This document shows, piece by piece, positions 50,653 through 59,421 of a DNA stretch of 64,000 nucleotides. The DNA lies in the NCBI GenBank assembly GCA_017467335.1, contig JAFTSJ010000009.1, positions 852 through 64,851 on the forward strand, read 5' to 3'. The DNA is from Alphaproteobacteria bacterium. Its GTDB lineage: Bacteria; Pseudomonadota; Alphaproteobacteria; CAAHEQ01; UBA3637. Both the position numbers and the translations under genes were made by a program. The notes under the pieces were generated by a model, which was given only the letters and a program-made list of their open reading frames with translations, had not been told where the DNA came from and did not search any database. The first letter of the stretch is position 1. The number at the start of each line of letters is the position of its first letter.

Positions 50653-51960
50653 ATGATACAAACAAAAATATTACAAAACGGTGTTCGTGTTGTATTTGAA
50701 CGGGTGTCCAATCTTCAAAAAGTTTCTTTTTGTTGTCGTGTCATGGCCGGTTCTCAAAATGAAATAAGAGAACAAAACGGGATTGCACATTATTTGGAAC
50801 ACTGTTTATTTTTAGGCACATCATCTCGTACGGAAGAAGAAATTCAATTGATTGAACGACATTCAGGTACAATTTTTAATGCTGAAACAGGGCAGGAATA
50901 TATCCAATTAACAACGGATGTTTTACCGGAAGATTTTGCATTGGTTTTTGATGTTTACGCTGATATGATACAAAATCCGACTTTTCCACCGGATAAACTG
51001 GAACGGGAAAAGGGCATTGTTTTGACGGAAATATCCGAATTTTTAGATGATAATGATAATTGTGCCAATAATTTAATGTTTAATGCGGCGTACAAACGCA
51101 ATCCGTTAGGTTTACCGATTGAAGGAACACTCAAAACCGTCAAAAACATTACACGGGATGATTTAATTTCTTATTATCAAAAATGGTTTCGTCCTGAAAA
51201 TTTAATTATTTCCGTTGCCGGCAATACGGATTTTGACACGGTTGTGCGTTATTGTGAACAAGCCTACGGACAATTTACAAACAACACCCCTGTTCCGACT
51301 AAAACACCTTCTCCGTATTTAGGGGGCGATCGCCGAGAAGAACAAGACACGGAAACGAACACTGTTCGCATGGCTTTTCAAGGCGTCCCCATACATCATT
51401 TCCGAGATTATATGTGTGCTTCACTTTATGCCGGAGTTATATCTTTAATGGCTTTTGACGAATTGCGTATTAAGCAAGGATTGTTATATGGCATACAGGC
51501 TGAAAATTGTGCTTTTGAAGACAGTGCTGTCTTTTATTTAAGTTTTTCAGCTGAATTACCAAAACAAGAAACCATTATCAAAGAAACATGTCGTTTACTG
51601 CGTCAAACGGTTACGGATATACCGTCTTTTTACATTGAAGCCGCTAAAAAACAAATGAAATTGGATATGCCGTCCAATGATGGCTCATTAGACGAAAAAA
51701 TATCTTCCAATTTATTTGATATGACATATTTTAATCATGTAACCCCACCGGAAGATGTTTTATCAGAATTAGATTCAATTACACCGGCTGAAATTCAACA
51801 AATTGCCGGTCGCATACTAAATTCCCGATTAGCTTTTGCTGTTTTGGGGAACACACGCAAAACACCGACTTATGATCAAATCAACAAATGGCTTAACGGC
51901 AACGAACAAAAAACAGCAACAGGTCCTGTTCTTATGCCTCAGCCGTCAATACAGCGTTAG
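50653..51960 (+). CDS. M16 family (pitrilysin/MPP-like) zinc peptidase
   Basis: HYLEH (the inverted zincin motif HxxEH) in GIAHYLEHCLFLGT. 435 aa. Confidence 0.85.
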   Translation: MIQTKILQNGVRVVFERVSNLQKVSFCCRVMAGSQNEIREQNGIAHYLEHCLFLGTSSRTEEEIQLIERHSGTIFNAETGQEYIQLTTDVLPEDFALVFDVYADMIQNPTFPPDKLEREKGIVLTEISEFLDDNDNCANNLMFNAAYKRNPLGLPIEGTLKTVKNITRDDLISYYQKWFRPENLIISVAGNTDFDTVVRYCEQAYGQFTNNTPVPTKTPSPYLGGDRREEQDTETNTVRMAFQGVPIHHFRDYMCASLYAGVISLMAFDELRIKQGLLYGIQAENCAFEDSAVFYLSFSAELPKQETIIKETCRLLRQTVTDIPSFYIEAAKKQMKLDMPSNDGSLDEKISSNLFDMTYFNHVTPPEDVLSELDSITPAEIQQIAGRILNSRLAFAVLGNTRKTPTYDQINKWLNGNEQKTATGPVLMPQPSIQR

Positions 51961-51969
51961 GAAAGAAAA

Positions 51970-53226
51970 ATGATACAAACAACAACTTTATCAAACGGTA
52001 TTCGTGTTATCACCGATTCATCGGAGATATCTGACAGCATTTCATTAGGTGTTTGGGTATCTGTCGGAGCTCGTTATGAAACAGCCGATATTAACGGTAT
52101 TTCTCACTGTTTAGAACATATGGCATTTAAAGGAACAACAAGTCGTTCTTCTTTTGATATATCCAAAGAAGTGGAAGATGTCGGTGGTATTATCAATGCC
52201 TATACCGGCAAGGATATGACGGCGTACTATGTCCGTGTTCTCAAAGAACATGGCCAATTAGGATTAGATATTATCACAGATATTGTTCAACATTCCATTA
52301 TGGATACAACCGAACTGGAAAAAGAAAAAGGGGTTATCATTCAGGAAATTAACATGCAAAATGATACTCCTGATGATTTGGTATTTGATTATTATAGTGA
52401 AACAGCCTATCCTAACCAACCGCTTGGACGAGCTATTTTGGGAACGGCTCAAACCGTTCGAGATATCAGCAGTCAAAAATTATTAGACTATATGCACACA
52501 CAATATACGGCCAATCGCATGATTGTCAGTGCTTCCGGGGCCGTTCATCATGATACTTTTGTCGCAGAATGTGAAAAACGGTTAACACATGTTGCAACGC
52601 ATGATATGCCATCTGCTCAAACGGCCGTTTATCACGGAGGTGAAAAAAGAGTATTAAAACCACATGAACAAGTTAATTTAGTTTTTGGGTTTGAAGGATT
52701 TTCTTATAATCATCCGGATTATTATATCGGTAGTTTATTATCTTCTGTTTTAGGCGGTGGCATGTCATCTCGTCTGTTTCAGGAAATTCGTGAAAAACGA
52801 GGACTGGTTTATTCGATTTATGCCTTTAACTCCGCTGAAACAGACACCGGTTCATTTGGTGTTTATGCCGGAACAGGCGAAAAAGAAGTAACGGAATTAC
52901 TGCCTGTTTTATGTGATGAATTGATTAAATTACCCGATACCTTAACACAAGAAGAAATCAATCGAGCCAAAGCTCGATTACGTGCCGGTATCCTTATGCG
53001 ACAAGAAAACATGGCAACACACGCCGAAGCCAACGCTATTGACATGATTATCCATGGACGCATTGTTTCAAAACAAGAAGTCATTGAAAAAATAAATGCC
53101 GTTGAATTATCTGATTTACAACGGGTTGCCCGTCAACTGATAACCCAAAAACCAACATTGTCGGCACTTGGTCCGATTAAACATGTTATGGCATATGATG
53201 ATATTATTCAACGATTGAAACCATAA
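51970..53226 (+). CDS. M16 family (pitrilysin/MPP-like) zinc peptidase
   Basis: HCLEH in GISHCLEHMAFKGT, with a downstream EKGVIIQEI glutamate region. 418 aa. Confidence 0.88.
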   Translation: MIQTTTLSNGIRVITDSSEISDSISLGVWVSVGARYETADINGISHCLEHMAFKGTTSRSSFDISKEVEDVGGIINAYTGKDMTAYYVRVLKEHGQLGLDIITDIVQHSIMDTTELEKEKGVIIQEINMQNDTPDDLVFDYYSETAYPNQPLGRAILGTAQTVRDISSQKLLDYMHTQYTANRMIVSASGAVHHDTFVAECEKRLTHVATHDMPSAQTAVYHGGEKRVLKPHEQVNLVFGFEGFSYNHPDYYIGSLLSSVLGGGMSSRLFQEIREKRGLVYSIYAFNSAETDTGSFGVYAGTGEKEVTELLPVLCDELIKLPDTLTQEEINRAKARLRAGILMRQENMATHAEANAIDMIIHGRIVSKQEVIEKINAVELSDLQRVARQLITQKPTLSALGPIKHVMAYDDIIQRLKP

Positions 53227-53231
53227 TCGGG

Positions 53232-54713
53232 TTACGATTTCGTTCGATGCATACAAGTTGCCAAACGATTCCGTTTTTCAATTTGAGATAAGGCTTCAAC
53301 AACCGTTTTTGTGCTAAATCCCCGCCGAATATCTGGTCGTTGCGGATAATACGGCGAATATCCGTTTAACGCATGTTTTTGCTGAATAGGGGTTTCTTCA
53401 TTCAAGATATGATACGGTAAAGTCGCCGATGTTTGCAAGGCAACATCAAACGCATCTTGACCGGCACAGTTAATATCCGGTTGGTGACCGATACATTCTA
53501 TATTTTCCCCTTGTTTATCCCAATACGTCAACTTTGTAACACCGACACGCAACAAAAACCCACACGGCAAGTGAACATTTCCTTGTTGAAATTGTTGCAT
53601 ACCTCGTGTGTTTTCACCAATATAACAAACGTTCGGATGATGGTAAAAAGAAGTATATCCGCTTTCAGCCGCCGATCCGATTTGTCTATCTGTTAAGATG
53701 GTTATTTTACCTCGATACCCTTGTTGCGGATTAAATGTATAATACGCTTTTGTTTCATCAAACAATGTTACTGAACGACCCGAAAAACACGTTCGTTTTA
53801 AAACAGGAACGGATTTATCTAAATGACGGGTAAAAATGCCGTGCTTATGCAACGCATAATCAGATAAAAAAGTATCTCTGATTTCACAGCGTTTATAGGT
53901 GTTAATATCATTTCCATATGTTCTTCGAGCAATATGGTCAATGGGTTTGTCTTCTCCACCTTGATTTCCTCGAAAGTCTAAAATCAATCTGTCCCATTTT
54001 TGCCCGTTCCGACCATAAATTGTATCAAAACATTTAATAAATCGTTTCCAACGTTGATAATCAGCCGACAATGACAAAGAAGCACATGAAACAACTAAAA
54101 TTTTTTCTTGCCCCTGCTGTATGCTTCCGATTTCCCAAACAGGGCGAGCCTGTTCCGGCAATTGAATATCTTTGTAATTACGCCGATTTAAAGCCAACAA
54201 TTGTTTTTCTGAGCCCCGTTCATCAAGAACACAATATTCAGCACTTAAAAAACGATAACCATCCGGCCGATAAGGTGTTTGCATAATATTGGAACCGACA
54301 CCTTCCTGCGGACGTGGTTTTAATCTGCCTCCCATTCTATTTTGACCGGTTGCAATAATACAATGAGCATCTAATATATATGAACCAGCTTGTCGTAAAA
54401 CAGATTGAAAAAAATCATCGGCTCGCTTATCATGACGAATATGGGACCATATTTGTTCAATGGCACGCTTAAACATTTGTTGATTATGAACACCAAACCC
54501 GTCCCACCCGACATGTTCAACCATCCATCGGGCATATGCCGCCAAATTTTTCTTTTGCTCAGCAGGGGAAAGTATCTTTTCTGCTAAATTATTTGTTTTG
54601 CGATTTAAATAAACCATTTCAGAAAAAGAAACACCATCTGGCACCGGAGCAATCATTTCTGCAACGGTAATTGTTTTCAAAATTTCATCAAATGATAAAA
54701 ATCCGTGTGTCAT
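53232..54713 (-). CDS. S41-family serine peptidase with unknown N-terminal domain
   Basis: LILDFRGNQGG and ILTDRQIGSAAES resemble the S41 motifs (xLDLRxNxGG and the S-A-S/A-E catalytic Ser region). Confidence 0.65.
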   Translation of the reverse strand: MTHGFLSFDEILKTITVAEMIAPVPDGVSFSEMVYLNRKTNNLAEKILSPAEQKKNLAAYARWMVEHVGWDGFGVHNQQMFKRAIEQIWSHIRHDKRADDFFQSVLRQAGSYILDAHCIIATGQNRMGGRLKPRPQEGVGSNIMQTPYRPDGYRFLSAEYCVLDERGSEKQLLALNRRNYKDIQLPEQARPVWEIGSIQQGQEKILVVSCASLSLSADYQRWKRFIKCFDTIYGRNGQKWDRLILDFRGNQGGEDKPIDHIARRTYGNDINTYKRCEIRDTFLSDYALHKHGIFTRHLDKSVPVLKRTCFSGRSVTLFDETKAYYTFNPQQGYRGKITILTDRQIGSAAESGYTSFYHHPNVCYIGENTRGMQQFQQGNVHLPCGFLLRVGVTKLTYWDKQGENIECIGHQPDINCAGQDAFDVALQTSATLPYHILNEETPIQQKHALNGYSPYYPQRPDIRRGFSTKTVVEALSQIEKRNRLATCMHRTKS

Positions 54714-54794
54714 TTTCTGAAAAATCCTTTTCTCTTACTATAAGATACTCTAAAATCAAACAAATGTCAATTTGAAAAAAAATAATAAAAAAAA

Positions 54795-54823
54795 TAGACA
54801 TTATCATAAAAATGTGATATACT
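54795..54823 (+). promoter_or_regulatory. extended -10 promoter
   Basis: TAGACA-17 nt-TATACT, with TGa immediately upstream of the -10. Confidence 0.5.
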
Positions 54824-54846
54824 GTGTGCTCAACAAAGGAGATAAC

Positions 54847-55644
54847 ATGTTTTTTAAACGCTTGCTTAATCTGTTTAACAAAGAATCAAAAGCCGAAAAA
54901 GAAGCCCGTGAAGCACAAGAAGCAAAAGAAGAATACGATTCCATTATGTTCACAATGGCTGTATCGAATGAAGATTATTATCTTGCTTTAAAACTATTGG
55001 AAGAAACACCTGCTTTGGCTCACTATGGTATCGTTGAAGCCGCTCAACCACTTCACCAATTGGCAAATGTATTAGCACAAGATACATTTAATCCGGAAGC
55101 AACGCAATTATATGTCAGTTTGTGTGAAGCCGGCATGAAACCGACCCCTTCCGACATACACAAATTGATACAACAAAAACACAACTTGCCAATTATTTGT
55201 CGGTTATATGAAACACAACCTCATTTACGTAACACAATTAAAAATTTGAATCCGTTACTTATATTGGCAAAATCACTGGCAACCGAAAATCGGTCGGAAC
55301 AAGATGTAACCTTATTTGGTCGTTTTGCACAAATGGGCATACCGGCTAATAAAACAACTGTTAAATTGTTATTTCGTCAACCGGAAAATTTACCGATTAT
55401 TCGATATTTATTTATGGTTCAACCGGAATTATCTCCCGAAAATCCGGAAAATGACGGTCAAAATTATGTTCGTCATGCCAATCAATCACAAAATCACGCC
55501 GGTTTATTATTTTTATACACGTTAGGAGTTGAATTATCCAGCCGTCAAATTAAAACACTGGGTAAATCCCGACTTGATTCAAACACACGCTTAAATCGAC
55601 AATTTAACGTTAAACGAAAACAACAACAAAAAGAAAATCAATAA
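54847..55644 (+). CDS. hypothetical protein with internal ~66-aa repeats (possibly degenerate ankyrin-type)
   Basis: AAAGGAG RBS before the ATG at 54847. Repeat example: PLHQLANVL...LCEAGMKPTPSDIHKLIQQKHNLPIICRLYETQPHL versus PLLILAKSL...FAQMGIPANKTTVKLLFRQPENLPIIRYLFMVQPEL. Confidence 0.6.
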   Translation: MFFKRLLNLFNKESKAEKEAREAQEAKEEYDSIMFTMAVSNEDYYLALKLLEETPALAHYGIVEAAQPLHQLANVLAQDTFNPEATQLYVSLCEAGMKPTPSDIHKLIQQKHNLPIICRLYETQPHLRNTIKNLNPLLILAKSLATENRSEQDVTLFGRFAQMGIPANKTTVKLLFRQPENLPIIRYLFMVQPELSPENPENDGQNYVRHANQSQNHAGLLFLYTLGVELSSRQIKTLGKSRLDSNTRLNRQFNVKRKQQQKENQ

Positions 55645-55647
55645 ACA

Positions 55648-55683
55648 AAAATCCCTCACGCAATATGTTGTGAGGGATTTTTA
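55648..55683. terminator. bidirectional terminator hairpin
   Basis: AAATCCCTCAC-GCAATATGTT-GTGAGGGATTT followed by a T-run. Confidence 0.8.
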
Positions 55684-55733
55684 TTCAATAAAAATCACAC
55701 ACATAAATTTAACCGTTGATAGACATATCAACA

Positions 55734-57218
55734 TTACTTAGATTGCGGTCTGCGAGGCGGTAACGGTGGATTTTTACCAAACAAATGTTGCTTAAAATCC
55801 GGATGAACGCTTTCAGCAAATGACTGAAATTGTTCTAATTCAAAACCGCTTAATTGTTTACCGGCAATTACATTATCTTGCAACGGATTAACCGTTTTTT
55901 TACCACGCCAAACTTCATAATGCAAATGCGGTCCTGTTGTTCGACCTGTTGATCCGACATAACCAATCAATTCTTTTTGTTTGACATAGGAGCCGACTTT
56001 TAACCCCTTCTTATACGCATTTAAATGAGCATACGCCGTTTCATAACCGCCGGCATGACGAATACGAATATATTTACCATATGCTCCTTTACGACCTAAC
56101 TGAATAATTTTACCGTCACCACCGGCATAAACAGGCGTTCCCCGAGGGGCTGCCAAATCCAATCCTTTATGAAAAATACGATACATTAAAATCGGATGTG
56201 TTCGCCAACCGTATGAAGATGACAATCTGAATTTTTCAATCGGGCGTTTTTCCAAAGTTCGTTGTTCACGCTGTCCGGTCGGATTATAAAAAGCGGCCGT
56301 TCCGGAACGATCGGTGTACCAATAGCGATGTACTTCCTTTTTACCCGATTTAAATCCAAAATACAAAACCTGTTTGTTCGTATCCAATTCCAATCCCGTT
56401 GGCGTCACCTGCTGTGAATAAATAATTTCAAAAGGGTCTTCCGGTTTAAAATCGCTATAAAAATCAATTTCATTTCCCAACGCATTGATGATTTGACGAA
56501 CAATAGACTTCGGAGCCCCGTATTTTTGAGCCGACCCACTAAACGTACGAACAATTTTCCCTTCAATCCGTTTATTTTGCGTTTCAACACGACCTTCTTG
56601 TGCAAACGGAATAAGTAAACCATCTTCGTCCTTTAAAACCGCAACAAATTCGTTTTCCCGAAAAGGTAATGTCAAACCTAAAAATTCACCTTTTAAACCG
56701 GTAAAAATCATCACAACCGTTCCCCGTTTAATAGAACGTAAATTAACCAGTGTTTCCAATGTACTGGTAATATTTTTATGCTGAATTTTATCAATTTGAG
56801 CCCGAGATAACAGTTTCAGAAATGTTTCACCTTTTTCCAATGTATATGTATTCAAACGTGCTTTATCCTGACGAACGGCATTTTCTAAATCAATCAAAGA
56901 CGGCCCGGTTTCCGCTTCTTCTGCAACGACCGGTTCATCCCCTAAATCAGAATGGACAATTTCTTGTGCTTCGGGATTTAAAACAGGTTCAACCGGACAA
57001 TTCGGGGCACAGTTAATATCATCTTGACTGATAACAACCTGTGCATCCGGTTTAAACAAAACAAAGGCACCAACACCTAACAAAAGCAACATGGTTCCTT
57101 TAACAACACGGTCAATCCATTTACGATGACCAATTCCCCCCATCTTTTTGTAGGTTTTATATCGTAAAATTTTAGATTGCTGTGTTGCTTTTTGTAATTT
57201 ATTGAGTATTTTCTTCAT
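55734..57218 (-). CDS. M23 family metallopeptidase
   Basis: HKGLDLAAPRGTPVYAGGDG and GYVGSTGRTTGPHLHYEV (HxxxD and HxH motifs), with an N-terminal TM anchor. Confidence 0.9.
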   Translation of the reverse strand: MKKILNKLQKATQQSKILRYKTYKKMGGIGHRKWIDRVVKGTMLLLLGVGAFVLFKPDAQVVISQDDINCAPNCPVEPVLNPEAQEIVHSDLGDEPVVAEEAETGPSLIDLENAVRQDKARLNTYTLEKGETFLKLLSRAQIDKIQHKNITSTLETLVNLRSIKRGTVVMIFTGLKGEFLGLTLPFRENEFVAVLKDEDGLLIPFAQEGRVETQNKRIEGKIVRTFSGSAQKYGAPKSIVRQIINALGNEIDFYSDFKPEDPFEIIYSQQVTPTGLELDTNKQVLYFGFKSGKKEVHRYWYTDRSGTAAFYNPTGQREQRTLEKRPIEKFRLSSSYGWRTHPILMYRIFHKGLDLAAPRGTPVYAGGDGKIIQLGRKGAYGKYIRIRHAGGYETAYAHLNAYKKGLKVGSYVKQKELIGYVGSTGRTTGPHLHYEVWRGKKTVNPLQDNVIAGKQLSGFELEQFQSFAESVHPDFKQHLFGKNPPLPPRRPQSK

Positions 57219-57326
57219 GAATTTACTGTACTCATTTTTGAAAATAAGTCAAGTTAATTTATTTATACATACGCATATATTAACTATTTTAGCATATTCT
57301 TGTAATAATTTGAAACAATCATTGAT

Positions 57327-57355
57327 TTGTCAAATCATCAAAAAATCGTTATGCT
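57327..57355 (+). promoter_or_regulatory. sigma70-type promoter for lpxC
   Basis: TTGTCA-17 nt-TATGCT. Confidence 0.5.
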
Positions 57356-57384
57356 GACCTCAACTCATGCAAAGGAGAATTAAG

Positions 57385-58335
57385 ATGATTGCAGAAATAA
57401 AAACGTTAACCGCTTATAAAAATTGCGAAAAGACATTGCAAAATGCCATTCCTTGCGTTGGTATCGGGTTACATAGCGGTCAAAAAGTTCATATGACGTT
57501 AAAACCGGCCGGTATCGGTCATGGTATTGTCTTTAAAAGAACGGATATTACGGATAAAGATAATTTAATTCCGGTCAGTCATGATACTGTTGTTGATACA
57601 CGGATGTGTTCTTGTGTCGGAAATGCTGATGGTGTTTCTGTCGGTACAATTGAACATTTAATGGGTGCTTTAAGCGGATTTGGTATCACAAACATCTTAA
57701 TTGAATTGGATAGTGCCGAAGTTCCTGTCATGGACGGTTCTGCATTAGATTATGTTACATTGATTGAATGTGCCGGCATTATTAAACAAGATGCCCCGTT
57801 AAAAGCTGTTAAAATTTTAAAAGAAGTTACTTTTGATGATAATAAAGGAGCCAGTGTTTGTTTGTATCCGGCTCAAAAAAATCTTTCTATTGACTTTATG
57901 ATTGATTTTTCCAAGTCCAAAGTTATCGGTCGTCAAGAATATTCCATTACCTTATCGGAAAGAACATTTAAAGATGCCATTTCTTATGCGCGTACTTTTG
58001 GCTTTTTACAGGAAGTAGAAGCATTAAGAGCCATGGGATTGGCTAAAGGCGGTTCTTTTGATAATGTGATTGTTGTTGATGGGGACAAAGTTGCCAATAA
58101 AGAAGGTTTACGCAGTGAAAATGAATTTGTTGTTCATAAAACATTGGATGCCGTTGGTGATTTATATCAATTAGGTATGCCGATTATCGGTCATTTTGCC
58201 GGTGTGAAATCCGGTCATGCACACACGAATCAATTGCTTCGTAAATTGATGGCAGATAAATCCGCATACACAATTGTTAATTTAGATGATTATGAAGAAT
58301 CATTATGTCAGACGTCTATACGTCAATCCGCATAA
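57385..58335 (+). CDS. lpxC: UDP-3-O-acyl-N-acetylglucosamine deacetylase
   Basis: GIGLHSGQKVHMTLKPA, EHLMGAL, and the HKTLDAVGDL / GHAHTN motifs. AAAGGAGA RBS before the ATG at 57385. Confidence 0.93.
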   Translation: MIAEIKTLTAYKNCEKTLQNAIPCVGIGLHSGQKVHMTLKPAGIGHGIVFKRTDITDKDNLIPVSHDTVVDTRMCSCVGNADGVSVGTIEHLMGALSGFGITNILIELDSAEVPVMDGSALDYVTLIECAGIIKQDAPLKAVKILKEVTFDDNKGASVCLYPAQKNLSIDFMIDFSKSKVIGRQEYSITLSERTFKDAISYARTFGFLQEVEALRAMGLAKGGSFDNVIVVDGDKVANKEGLRSENEFVVHKTLDAVGDLYQLGMPIIGHFAGVKSGHAHTNQLLRKLMADKSAYTIVNLDDYEESLCQTSIRQSA

Positions 58336-58343
58336 AATAACAC

Positions 58344-58374
58344 AAAAGGCGTATCAATCCGATACGCCTTTTTT
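58344..58374. terminator. bidirectional terminator hairpin
   Basis: AAGGCGTATC-AATCC-GATACGCCTT followed by T6, between convergent lpxC and cspA. Confidence 0.85.
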
Positions 58375-58386
58375 ATATCCTGTTTG

Positions 58387-58593
58387 TTATAAACTTTTTT
58401 TCAAATTCGTTGCACAAATTTTACCGTTTTCTTCTTTAAGGTCATATAAAATTGTTTCATCTTCATTTAAACTGCGTAATTTGGCCGCCTGCAATGCCGT
58501 GATGTGAACAAAAATATCTTTTTCTCCTTGGTTGGGTTTAATAAAACCATACCCTTTTTTGTAATTAAACCATTTTACTTTACCGGTTTCCAT
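58387..58593 (-). CDS. cspA: cold-shock protein (CspA family)
   Basis: METGKVKWFNYKKGYGFIKP...DIFVHITAL contains the RNP1/RNP2 motifs. GGAG RBS before the ATG at 58593. Confidence 0.93.
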   Translation of the reverse strand: METGKVKWFNYKKGYGFIKPNQGEKDIFVHITALQAAKLRSLNEDETILYDLKEENGKICATNLKKSL

Positions 58594-58747
58594 TTTTAAC
58601 TCCATATTTATATCTGATAATAACAAAACGTTATGTATTTTGTTTGTCTATACGACCTGTAAGATATAAGAATGCCTTTACCAAAAATCAAGACTGTTAT
58701 TTTTGATATTTTACTGAAATTAAATGTTTTTTGAATATGATTTTATG

Positions 58748-58975
58748 TTAATGAACACTTAACCCAATCAATTCGTTTTGGTTGGCAACAGCAAAAGCAA
58801 CTTCTCGACTGGATGCATATCCCATTTTTTCCCCTTGCCCGTTGTATATCGACCAAACCGATTCGTTATTTAAAAATTCTTGTTTGATATAGGCCTTGTC
58901 CATATCAATTGATAATGTGTTTTGCATAAAGTAAGTCGGTTCATCTAAATCCGATAAAATAAATGGTTTAGTCAT
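58748..58975 (-). CDS. DUF1150-like small protein
   Basis: The C-terminus SREVAFAVANQNELIGLSVH resembles the DUF1150 family that accompanies Hsp20 genes in alphaproteobacteria (from memory). It overlaps the hsp20 stop. Confidence 0.55.
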   Translation of the reverse strand: MTKPFILSDLDEPTYFMQNTLSIDMDKAYIKQEFLNNESVWSIYNGQGEKMGYASSREVAFAVANQNELIGLSVH

Positions 58976-59420
58976 CTTCATGCTCCTGTGTTGTTAAAAT
59001 ATGTGATGTTTCTTTTTTGGTTTGAATGGCAATTTGACGTATTTTCTTTGGTTTTGTCGGACGATATAAATCAATATTTAATAAACCGTTTTCTAAAAAG
59101 GCCTCGGTTATCTTTAAACCGTCTGCCAATACAAATGATTTAATAAACGACCGGCCGGCAATACCACGATGCAAAAAATGACGATTTTCACACGGTTCTT
59201 GCCGTCCTCGAATAACCAATTGATTATCTTCAACAGATACATCTAAATCTTGTTCTTTATATCCGGCAACAGCCAATGTTATACGTAACGAATCAGATCC
59301 TGTCTGCTCTATATTATAAGGCGGAAAACTTTCTGACCCTTTGGATATGCGTAACAAAACATCTTCCAATTCATCAAAACCCAGCATAAACGGATTATTA
59401 AACGGATTGATATTTGCCAT
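58968..59420 (-). CDS. Hsp20/alpha-crystallin family small heat-shock protein (IbpA-like)
   Basis: FPPYNIEQTGSDSLRITLAVAGYKEQDLDVSVEDNQLVIRG...GLLNIDL is a typical alpha-crystallin domain. Confidence 0.9.
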   Translation of the reverse strand: MANINPFNNPFMLGFDELEDVLLRISKGSESFPPYNIEQTGSDSLRITLAVAGYKEQDLDVSVEDNQLVIRGRQEPCENRHFLHRGIAGRSFIKSFVLADGLKITEAFLENGLLNIDLYRPTKPKKIRQIAIQTKKETSHILTTQEHEDD

Positions 59421-59421
59421 A

